From NCBI GenBank assembly GCA_964016885.1, contig OZ024743.1, forward strand, positions 250,356,001 through 250,420,000: a stretch of DNA of 64,000 nt, given 5' to 3'. Under the pieces are notes generated by a model. The model saw only the letters and a program-made list of their open reading frames with translations, did no database searches and had not been told where the DNA came from. Made by a program: the position numbers and the translations under genes. This document shows, piece by piece, positions 36,471 through 47,029 of the stretch; the stretch's first letter is position 1, and each line of letters opens with the position of its first letter. This stretch comes from Eledone cirrhosa. Its lineage: Eukaryota.

Positions 36471-39400
36471 GATTCTATGAGACATTGATGCTCACTACCT
36501 CCCAAATAACCGACAGTGACTATATAATTATTGCAGGCGACCTAAACGGTCACGTTGGACAACATTGTGACGGCTACGACGAAATCCATGGAGGCTATGG
36601 GTTTGGTACTAGAAATGAGGAAAGCTCCAGAATCCTGGAATTCTGTGATGCAAATAACCTAACTATCTGTAACACTAACTTCAAAAAACGTGACAATCAC
36701 CTGATCACCTATAGATCCGGGGAACACACAAGCCAGGTAGATTATATCCTTACCAGAAGACGTGACAGAGTGTCTGTTGTAGACACTAAATCCCTCCCCC
36801 ATGAAGAATGCACCTCCCAACATAGACTGATAATTAGCGACCTCACAGTCAGGATGAGACGTACTCGACAGCAGAAGAGGACTATCCTCAGGAGAAAAAT
36901 ATGGAAGCTAAAGGACCCCACAGCCAGAAATAAATTTCAAAGCATATTACTTGATGCTTTCGACAGTAAGGAAGAACATTTAGAGTTGGACAATATAGAG
37001 GGACAGTGGGAATTTCTGAAAGCAAACCTGCTGATGGCGACAGACGAAGTCTGTGGCTGGAGCAGGCCTGTAGGCAGGAGGAGAGTAACATGGTGGTGGA
37101 ACAGTAAGGTGGAGGGGTCAATTAAGGCCAAAAAGCAGGCTTGGAAAGTATGGCGGGATGGGGGAAGTAGAGAAGACTATCAAGTGGCCAGGAGGGAAGC
37201 TAGGAGACAAGTGTACTTAGCAAGAAGGGAAGCTGAGGAAAGAAAGTTCAAGCATGTTCTACAACGCGAGGACCAAAAACGTGAGGTGTTCAGGATTGCT
37301 AGGCAATGCGTCAAAGAAAACCGTGATATTGTCGGGGAGAAGTGTGTACTTAACGATGATGGCATACTTGCCATCACCGACGCTGATAAGAAGGTAGCTT
37401 GGAAGTGTCACTATGAAAGGCTACTAAATGAGGAGAATAAATGGGAGAAAGACAGTCTCCCCCATATCGACCCAATAGAGGGACCAGCAGTGTTAGTCGA
37501 GGGGAGTATAATAAGTAAGGAAATCAAGGATATGTAACAAGATTGCATTAGAACTTGATTGAAGCAACCGTGACTTCTGGCGTCACGCAGTAATACAGAG
37601 TACCCGACCTCCCATGGGTACAAGCTGAAGCATATAGACAATATGCCCCCACTCCCCCCACCGCAAGGTGGTCGTGGAGGTGCCACGGAAAAAAAGCACC
37701 CAGCCCACACTGTAAAGTGGACGTGTAGGTGCCACGAAAAAGCACCCAGCACTCACTGTAAATGAGGTTGGTGTTAGGAAGGGCATCCAGCTGTAGAAAT
37801 TAAGCCAAATCAGTTCCTGTATGAGCAAGGCATGGTCAGCCGACCAGACACTGCCCACAACAGGACAACCCGTCTAACCCATGCTAGCGTGGAAGAGCGG
37901 ACGTAAAACGGTGATGATGATGATGATGATGAAGACGGGTAAGGCGGCTGGGCCTTCGGAAATAGTTGCTGAGATGCTGAAGGCATCTGGCACGGTGGGA
38001 CACACCATGGTCACCCGCATAGTTAACCAAGTCGTACAGAATGGGGTTGTTCCGAAGGACTGGCATAGCAGCATCATCGTTAACTGTTATAAGGGTAAAG
38101 GAGACGCCCTAGATAGGAGTAACTATAGAGGCATTAAATTAATCGACCAGGTCATGAAGGTCACGGAAAAAGTAATAGCACAACTAATCAGAGAGAGAAT
38201 TGACCTAGATGAAATGCAGTTCGGGTTTGTGTCAGGTAAAAGTACCACAAACGCTCTTTTCATTGTACGACAACTACAGGAGAAGTACCTAGCTAAAGGT
38301 AAACCCCTCTACTTAGCTTTTGTCGACTTGGAGAAAGCCTTCGACAGAGTCCCCCGCTCCATTATCTGGTGGGCTCTTAGAAAACTAGGCGTTGACGAAT
38401 GGCTTGTGAGAGCTATACAAGCCATGTATAAAGAAACAGTCAGCAAGGTTAGAATTAACAACGAATATAGTGAAGAGTTTAGCGTAAAAGTTGGCGTCCA
38501 TCAGGGCTCTGTTTTCAGCCCCCTACTATTTATTATTGCCCTTCAGGCTATAACAGAGGAGTTCAAGACCGGCTGCCCATGGGAACTCCTATACGCAGAC
38601 GACCTGACACTCATAGCGGAATCAATGGCCGAGCTAGAGAAGAAATTCCAAACATGGAAGCACGGCCTAGAATCAAAAGGACTTAAAATTAACCTGGCTA
38701 AGACTAAAGTTCTAGTTTGTAGGAAAGAAAATAAGGCGGCGGTCCCTTCTGGGAAATGGTCGTGCTCGGTGTGTAGGAAAGGCGTAGGTAGAAACTCCAT
38801 TTTATGTCCTAAATGCAAAGTATGGGTGCATAAAAGATGTAGTGGGATCACAGGTAAGCTAACTAAGAACATAGATTTTACATGTGGCCGGTGCTCTGGT
38901 GCAATAAGTAGCAGCAAGTGCCCACAAAATACTAGCTCTTTCAATTGCGCAGAGGGTTCTATAGAAATAGTGGACAGCTTCCGTTACCTGGGTGATAAAA
39001 TCAGCAGTGGGGGAGGGTGCTCTGAAAGTACAGTAGCTAGAGTCAGAACTGGTTGGAAAAAGTTCAGAGAGCTTATACCACTATTAGCTGCTAAAGGGTT
39101 CTCCCTAAAAATGAAAGGCAGGTTGTACGATGCCTGCATATGAACAGCAATGTTGCATGTCAGTGAGACCTGGGCATTGTGTGCAGAGGATATACGCAGA
39201 CTAGAGAGGAACGAAGCTTGCATGCTCCGCTGGATGTGTAACAGTAATATACGTGAATGGCAAAGCATAAACGAACTAAGGAAAAAATTAGAAATAAGAG
39301 GGTTCAGATGTTGTTTACTCGAGAGAAGGCTACGTTGGTATGGACACGTGATGCGCATGAAAGTCGATAGCTGTATAACAAAGTGCAGGGCAATAAAGAT

Positions 39401-39963
39401 AGACGGTAGCCACGGAATAGGCAGACCCAGAAAAACCTGGAACGAGCTGATAAACTCCGACCTCACACACTTACACCTCTCCAAGACAATGTCACTGGAC
39501 CGAGACCTTTGGCGGTACTCAGTAACAGAGAAGACCCGCCTTACCTAAATACATAGTAAAACCTACTACAGCCAGTAGGCATCTCTAACAAAATACCCCC
39601 CCCCCCCACCCACCCCCGTCCCACCCCCACCACCCCCACCCCATCCACACCACCCCGTTCTATGTAAAGTTATGTTGGTGCCACACCATCCAGGCCGAAA
39701 CAAATGAGATCGTGTAGGTGTCACGACAAAAAAACACACAGTCCACACTGTAATGTGACCGCGTAGGCAACACGGTAAAAACCTCCCAGACCCACACTGT
39801 AAATGTGGTTGGTGTTAGGAAGGGCATCCAACTGTAGAAAACCTGCCAGACAGTCCTATGCGAGCAAGACAATCACTCTTACCTCAAGTGGGACTACCCC
39901 CGTCCAAACCCATGCAAGTGTGGAACACGGACGTTAAACGTTGATGATGATGATGATGATGAT
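36471..39963 (+). mobile_element. RTE LINE family C, 5'-truncated within APE, interrupted by a nested insertion
   Basis: ORFs 36485..37537, 37881..39143 and 39150..39548; sequence resumes ATGAAGACGGGT as in the uninterrupted copy near 29132. Confidence 0.95.
37534..37930 (+). mobile_element. Nested 3' end of RTE family D inside a family C copy
   Basis: 37568-37930 matches the reverse complement of 57720-58077; (GAT)n tail. Confidence 0.93.
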
Positions 39964-40401
39964 ATATATATATATATACATACACACACACAAACACAAA
40001 CCTACTTAATATATATCTCAGAGCATTAAAAGAATATTATTAGCCTTAATGAAATGATTAAGCAACAAATTAGTGGAAATATGCACTTTATATTTTGTTA
40101 ACCTATATTTAGAGAAAAATCCTAAGTATTATGTTGGAATAAATAGAAATTAGACATGGCCTTTGTTGACTTTAGTTATTAGTGAAATCAATTCATGGGG
40201 AAATACAACTCATATATTTCTCACTGACATTATATAGTAAAGGACTTACTATAATGTTAGTTAATATTAATCTTATTTGTACTTAATTTAGAATCAGTGC
40301 AGTCTTTGGGTCAAACATAGTCACTACTTTAAAACTGATAGCAAATGGTCATCTAAATGTTTTTAATTAAACATACAGTATATTGCCAAATATACTATAC
40401 A

Positions 40402-40443
<42 letters not shown>

Positions 40444-40445
40444 TG

Positions 40446-40495
<50 letters not shown>

Positions 40496-40559
40496 TATAT
40501 TTATATGTGTGTGTGTGTGTATATATATATACATATGTATATATGTATGTGTGTATGTG

Positions 40560-40591
<32 letters not shown>

Positions 40592-40600
40592 TATATTTAT

Positions 40601-40803
40601 GATAGGGACTGGGGTCCAAATCATTCCACTGCAAAGTGGTCGTGTTGGTGCCAAGGCAAAAAAGCACCCAGCACTCACTGTAAATGAGGTTGGTGTTAGG
40701 AAGGACATCCAGCTGTAGAAATCAAGCCAGAATCAGTTCCCGTCCCACCCTTGCAAGCAGGGAAAAAGCGGACGTAAAATGAAATGATGATGATGATGAT
40801 GAT
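40601..40803 (+). mobile_element. Short chimeric RTE 3' element (family D UTR joined to family A terminus)
   Basis: D-like up to AATCAGTTCC (40740), then CGTCCCACCCTTGCAAGCAGGGAAAA as at 3148-3175. Confidence 0.85.
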
Positions 40804-40804
40804 A

Positions 40805-40835
<31 letters not shown>

Positions 40836-40886
40836 TTATATGTGTGTGTATATATATATATACATATGTATATGTATGTATATGTA

Positions 40887-40941
<55 letters not shown>

Positions 40942-40981
40942 ATACTTTGGGAGGGTCATGTTGCCAATAAATTCAGAAACG

Positions 40982-41029
<48 letters not shown>

Positions 41030-41278
41030 CACCTTCACCACTAATTGATTGGACAGATGCCTTTAACTCATTGGTAACAAAAATTATTTGCTACCAATTG
41101 TTCTATTTATTTAAAAAAAAATTTATTCTTTCTCTTAGACTTAAGGTTTAATTTGAAAGCTAAGCATTCATACTAAAATACTACAGTGGGTCCCCTGGTG
41201 CCCACATGCCATTGGGCAATCTGGCAACCTGGCCAGACCGCCACTCTATATACATATATATACTTCTGAATCATTTGG

Positions 41279-41493
41279 GTGTTCCATAAACTACATCCTC
41301 GTTTTGTTTCTTATCTATCTAGACTATATTTTAATCTTTAATCCATGTTTCATTTCTGTTGCACCTCATTTGTCCTTTTTCTCTTGCACATTCTGTGATT
41401 GTTGAATCTAGTATGATTTGGGTTTACTTTATACATATATATATATATATATGTTTTTGCATGTCAGTTAGATTCCAACTTACAATGATTGGC

Positions 41494-41539
<46 letters not shown>

Positions 41540-42790
41540 TATTTGTTTGTTAAAATAATCAAATTAAATTAATTCAACAATTAAACACACATAGGAATAA
41601 TAAAGGTTGTTACCAAAGAGCCAGAAGATTGACAAGTCGACCCTAAATAGCTCTAGGAAATCCATGAACGACACCACAACTTTATAACTTTGATTTTGAA
41701 AGTATGTTTCTAATGATTAATTTTCATTATTCTTCCGTAGCTGTCTCGGCAACCTAGTAGTAGGATTCATAGATGGTGGTGATCCTGGTCTGAAGTTCGA
41801 TCCCAGTCAGGAGTAGGATTGCTGGTAAACCCTTTCAGTTTTTTTCTATGGGATTTAAAATAAAAAAAAAACGAAAATGATTACATGTCTCTCTTGACCA
41901 GGATTGAACACAAGGACAGGATCTCCATCGTCGCTAGTACCTACTACTAGGCCACAGAGACAACTACGAAAATCTTATGAAAATTCATACTTATAAACCT
42001 ACTTTCAAATTTTTCAAAACAAAATGATGTGGTGTTGTTCATGTCTTTCTTAATGTTATTGCTCCTACTTAAGGTCGACTTCTAAATAATTTGTGTGTTT
42101 CATAAACTACATCCTCGTTTTGTTTTTCATCTATCTCCACTATTTTTTAACCTGTAATCCATGTTTCATTTCTGTTGCACCTCATTTCTCCTCTCTCTCT
42201 GTGATTGTTGAATCTACTATGATTTGGGCTTACTTTATACATATATATATGATTTTGCATGTCAGTTAGATTCCAACTTACAATGATTGGCATTATATAT
42301 ATATATTATTTGTTTGTTAAAATAATCAAATTAATTCAACACTTAAACGCACATAGTAATATTAAGGTTGTTACCAAAGAGCCAGAAGATTGACAAATCT
42401 ACCCTAAATATGACTAATAGCTCTAGAAAATACATGAATTTATAACTTTTGAAAGTAGGTTCATAATTATTAATTTTCATTATACTTTTGTAGCTGTCTC
42501 GGCGGCCTTGCTGGAGGAATCATAGACGGTGGAATTTCGATCCTGGTTGGGAGTAAGGTTCGCTGTAAATCTTTTCATTTTTTTTCTATGAGAAAATAAT
42601 AACTGAAAATGATTACATGTACCTCTTGACCAGGATTGAACCAAAGACCAGGATCTCCCCCGTCTCTAGTGCCTACTACTAGGCCACAGAGACAGCTACT
42701 AAAATCTTATGAAAATTCATGCTTATAAACCTACTTTCAAAATTTCAAAAACAAAATGATGTGGTGTCGTTCATGTCTTTCTTATGTATT
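41279..42790. repeat. Tandem duplication (~815-bp period), each unit containing an imperfect foldback with two convergent tRNA-like sequences
   Basis: CATAAACTACATCCTCGTTTTG at ~41286 and ~42101; inverted arms at ~41634-41815 and ~41890-42081. Confidence 0.85.
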
Positions 42791-42835
42791 TTGTGAAATA
42801 CAGAGGCTTTCAAAAATGACCTTTGGTGTTTCACA

Positions 42836-42922
<87 letters not shown>

Positions 42923-43412
42923 AAAATTATAAAAAATAAACAAAGAAGCCTTCAATACATTTCAATACATGTCATTTCTCTAATACGACGAGTGTATTTA
43001 ACTCCAACGCACTCAAGTATTTTGATCTTATATATATTTATATATATACTTATACATATATATATGGGAGTGCGTGTATATGCGTGCATGTACATGTGTA
43101 TATATAGATTTAGATACATGTTTTCAGCTTGAACAAAAATCCCTAGGAATCTAATCGACATATATATATATGCTTGTGTGCATGTGTCTATACTTGTATG
43201 TTTGCATGAATGAATACACTAAGCTTTAGATTAAGTAGAATGTACAACCACTGATTCCAACTATTTGTACAATCATATATTTTGGTTTCTATTAATTCCC
43301 ATAGGAATTGCTTGACAAAATGCTTTGCTTAATTTTTTTATTTATCTTTAAAAAAATGTTATTCTTTCTCTTAAATATCAGGTATTTTTTTAAAGCTAAG
43401 CATTGGCGCCTA

Positions 43413-43599
43413 AATAATTGTTTCTACTTTTGGCACAAGGCCAGCAATTACCCAATACATTACTGGTACTTTATTTTATCGACCCCGTAAGGATGAAAGG
43501 CAAAGTTAACCTCAGCGGGATTTGAACTCAAACCATAAAGGGGCGTAACTCTTTGCTGCAAAGCATAGCGTCAGACCCTCTACCGATACTGCCAATCCA
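43413..43599 (-). mobile_element. SINE S1 with TSD-like GCGCCTAAA(A)TAAT, inserted in a MITE-like repeat related to 41100-41246
   Basis: Flanks are duplicated; the host ends GGCAACCTGGCCAG in both places. Confidence 0.85.
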
Positions 43600-43697
43600 G
43601 CGCCTAAAATAATAAAGTGTGACCTGCAATGCTACTGTGGGCTCCTGCAATGTTAGCGTGGGCCATTGGGGAACCTGGCAACCTGGCCAGTCTACCA

Positions 43698-43739
<42 letters not shown>

Positions 43740-43745
<6 letters not shown>

Positions 43746-44202
43746 TGCCCCCCTCGTTATCGAGTATGGTCATTGCACATCGTACCATTATTAATAATTA
43801 TTAATTAATTCTATCGTGCAATGCCTGTGCGTGAAGATATTTTTTAAAGTGAGGAAAGACTGTGCACTGAGCCAATTCCACTCTCTGAGCGACAGTAGCT
43901 ATAACCCGAAAAGAAGAAAAGATCAACATCATCGGTAACTAATGAGCCGCAGGTTTTATGTATATCGGAATTATCCCAGTTTCCTGAGTTGCCTTCTCCT
44001 AGAAGAATGCCCTGACAAAGACTTGGATAGCCATTGACTCTTATGAGTTCTTCTGCCCTTTGTCAGGTTTTGTTTTTTGTCCTGCAGGGTGTCAAAAATC
44101 CCCCTCCTCACCAAGTAAACTTGGTGGGGTTGCCGGTTTAGTCGCTGACGACCCGACCATGCAACAGGTTGTACTGGGTTACATGTTACCAGTAGCACTG
44201 GT
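43740..44202 (-). mobile_element. Second bipartite RTE derivative (same 5' part as 35798-36410, different 3' part)
   Basis: 43815-44200 aligns with 36010-36395; ends CTCG-ATAA-CGAG; lies in (TA)n. Confidence 0.75.
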
Positions 44203-44277
44203 ATATATATATATGATGTATATATATATATATATATATATGATGTATATATATATATATATACTATATATATATAT

Positions 44278-44545
44278 ATCATCATCATCATTGATTAATG
44301 TCTATGTTCCTTGCTATAATGGGTTAGATCGGTTTGTACCACTTAGAGACAAATTGGGTCAGTTGACCGTTCTCGCTTATATAGGAGTGTTTCTGGCTGG
44401 TTTTCTATGGCTGGATGGCCTTAACAACGCCAACCATATTGACAGTGTGTGCTGGGTGCTTTTTGCCAAGTCTTTTACACGTCCACATTACAGTGTGGAC
44501 TGGGCACTTTTTGTTGTGACACCTACACGATCAATTTACAGTGTG
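44278..44545 (-). mobile_element. Diverged RTE 3' UTR fragment with tandem structured units
   Basis: Reverse complement of GCACCCAG.CACACTGT..GGTTGGCGTT..GGCCATCCAGCC; (ATC)n tail. Confidence 0.75.
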
Positions 44546-44549
44546 ATTA

Positions 44550-45220
44550 AGTCATTAACTAACAAAACTAATTGATATGACTAAGTTAGTAATTAACAAC
44601 ATTAATTAATATGTCTGTTAATAACTACACCCTAACCCTAACCCAATTAATTTATGTGACCAAGTCAGTAATAAACAATGCTAATTAATATAACTAAATC
44701 AGTAATTAACACCACTAATTAATGTCCATCATTAATTAACAACACTAATTAATATAATTATCATTAAAAAATTAATATAATTATCATTAATTAACAATAC
44801 CAATTTATGTGACTAATCATTTATGTGACTAATTAGCATTACAAATTAATTGTTTCTACTTTTGGCACAAGGCCAGCAATTATCCCAGTGTATTACTGGT
44901 ACTTTATTTTATTGACCCCGTAAGGATGAAAGGCAAAGTTAACCTCGGTGGGATTTGAACTCAGAATGGCAAGGGCCGTAACTCTATGCTGCAAAGCTTG
45001 GCATCCGACCCTCTACCAATACTGCCAATCCAGAATTACTAATTAATGTCACTTGATCAGTAACTAATAACACTAATTAATATGACTGTCAGTATTAAAG
45101 GAATAAATTACTGTGATTAAGTCAGTAATTAACAACACTAATTAATGTCACTGAGTCAGTACTAATAACACTAATAATTCTGAATAAATCAGTACTTCGA
45201 GAATTAACTAAAGTGACTAC
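44550..45220. repeat. Degenerate AT-rich minisatellite (TAATTAACAACACTAATTAATATGACTAAGTCAG-like), interrupted by a minus-strand SINE S1 at ~44846-45031
   Basis: Recurring unit is visible; full S1 reverse complement inside. Confidence 0.8.
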
Positions 45221-45914
45221 TAAAACCAAAGTCTAATGAGATGTACATATGCCTGGTGTTATTGAAACTAAATAATTGTTCATTAAATGCCAATTTGTAA
45301 TTAAATGAAATTTTGTTTTCTTATGCATAATCTGCCTCCCATTGGCCTTGAATATTTGAAATTTTATTTTAGGTTTTATTTTTTTTTATTACATGTCTCA
45401 CTAGTTCTTTTTGATTACCAACTGTGAGTTGTACTCGATACTTCCCCTAGTCTGTCATAGCTTACTAGCTCAATATGGACGTTTTAATTGAATAAATAAA
45501 TAAATAACTAATCATTTATATTCTTGTAAAGAAAAGATGAAAATAGAGTCATGAACCAAAAAATGATTCAAGAAAAGATATGGTAAGAGTTGATCTCAAA
45601 CTGCTGATCCTTCCAGAAGAGATGACAAAATAATGCTACAAGTGAAGGGAGGATGTACTGAAGAAGACCTGTCAAGCCCATGTAACCATGGTAAAGAGGA
45701 TATAAAATTATGAGGATGAAGAGGATGATATATATATCATAAATGAATGATTGATTTGTTCTTTCTTAACTAGCCTACTGTCTGTACTATGCATATGTGA
45801 AGTTGTTATAGTAACCAGTCTGCCTTCTGCATTTCCAATCTATTATCTATCTGTGGTTTTTCCCGGTTGATGATAATAGCCTCTTTGATTCTTAAATTTC
45901 CTATATTCCTTTCT

Positions 45915-46064
45915 TATATTTATTTACCAAAAGGGCATGGAACAGAGGAATTAGACAGGGATTGTGATTGTTTTACATAGAGATAAGATAATTAAGAATA
46001 AAAGAAAAGAAAACATATCATGTGTATATTCAACATGACATGCACAAATTAAAATGAAACTTTG
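45915..46064 (-). mobile_element. Tx1-like 3' UTR fragment (second copy at ~55500-55668)
   Basis: The two copies align; the minus strand ends GCCCTTTTGGTAAATAAA(AGAAAT), resembling the Tx1 termini at 14080 and 20112. Confidence 0.6.
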
Positions 46065-46415
46065 TCATCATCTGCTCTTTGATCCATATGTGCAACATCT
46101 GGATGGTTCTTCTGATGTATGACGAGCCACATTTTTTACATGTGGTCTTATAGACCACATACACCCTCATGCACACTCCTGCATTGTTGATGGGACAATT
46201 AGGAAGCATGAAAATATTGCTGTACGTGGGTTTGTGTCTGTGGAGCAGTCTCCTCAGTTAGCGTCTTGAGTGCATCATCTGTACATTTAATCCCTCCTTA
46301 TGGATGGCTTGTCTAATAGCAGCTGTTGTTTTCTCATTAAAATGTGACAGTTTTAGGTAGTATAATTTATCTCTAGGGGTGTGTATCCTTGTTTTTTAAG
46401 TGTTGCTGCCTTGGC
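46065..46415 (-). mobile_element. Penelope-like element fragment (linker and N-terminal part of GIY-YIG endonuclease), degenerate
   Basis: Manual translation ...YLKLSHFNEKTTAAIRQAIHKEGLNV...NCPINNAGVCMRVYVVYKTTCKKCGSSYIRRTIQMLHIWIKEQ matches the VVY.I.C..C...YIG.T.R.L..R.KEH pattern. Confidence 0.8.
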
Positions 46416-46580
46416 ATATATATAAATATATATTTAAAAAAAGGAAAAGGAAAAATTCAATTTAACTTTATAATATAATTTTACAATTTGGTTTTGTAGA
46501 TCTACAAGTGAAGTCATTCTTTTCCTTCTTTTAACATACCTAACTGTACCAATGATTTCACACATTTTCCAATATATATA

Positions 46581-47012
46581 TATAGTGAAATAAAATAACA
46601 AGTACGATTGGTTACTTCTTCATTACGTTTATTGGTTGGTGACGCGCATTTTGCCACTAATCAGCTCAAGGTTCGATCTGTATCGATCTAACCCAACTCT
46701 GTAATCCGCGGCTCGTCAGACCCCTTGTAATGGTAGTGGAAAAATGAATATACAAGCCATATGAGAAAGTTTGATGTTCCGAGCCGCGGATTACAGAGTC
46801 GGATTAAATAGATACAAATCGAACCTTGAGCTGATCAGTGGCAAAATGCACGTCACCCACCAATAAACGTAATGAAGGAGTAACCAATCGTCCTTGTTAT
46901 TTATTTCACTATAATAAACTCTGTCTAGCTCTATACCTCGACACTGAAGTGAACCTAAACATCGAGTGCTCACCCACGTGAACCTACAATAACTCCAAGT
47001 TATACACCCTGG
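46581..47012 (-). mobile_element. Foldback (~135-bp inverted arms, 46581-46913) plus an adjacent arm with a GAGCACTCGA core, in (TA)n
   Basis: TATAGTGAAATAAAATAACAAG...CCGCGGCTCG versus CGAGCCGCGG...CTTGTTATTTATTTCACTATA. Confidence 0.8.
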
Positions 47013-47029
47013 ATATATATATATATATA

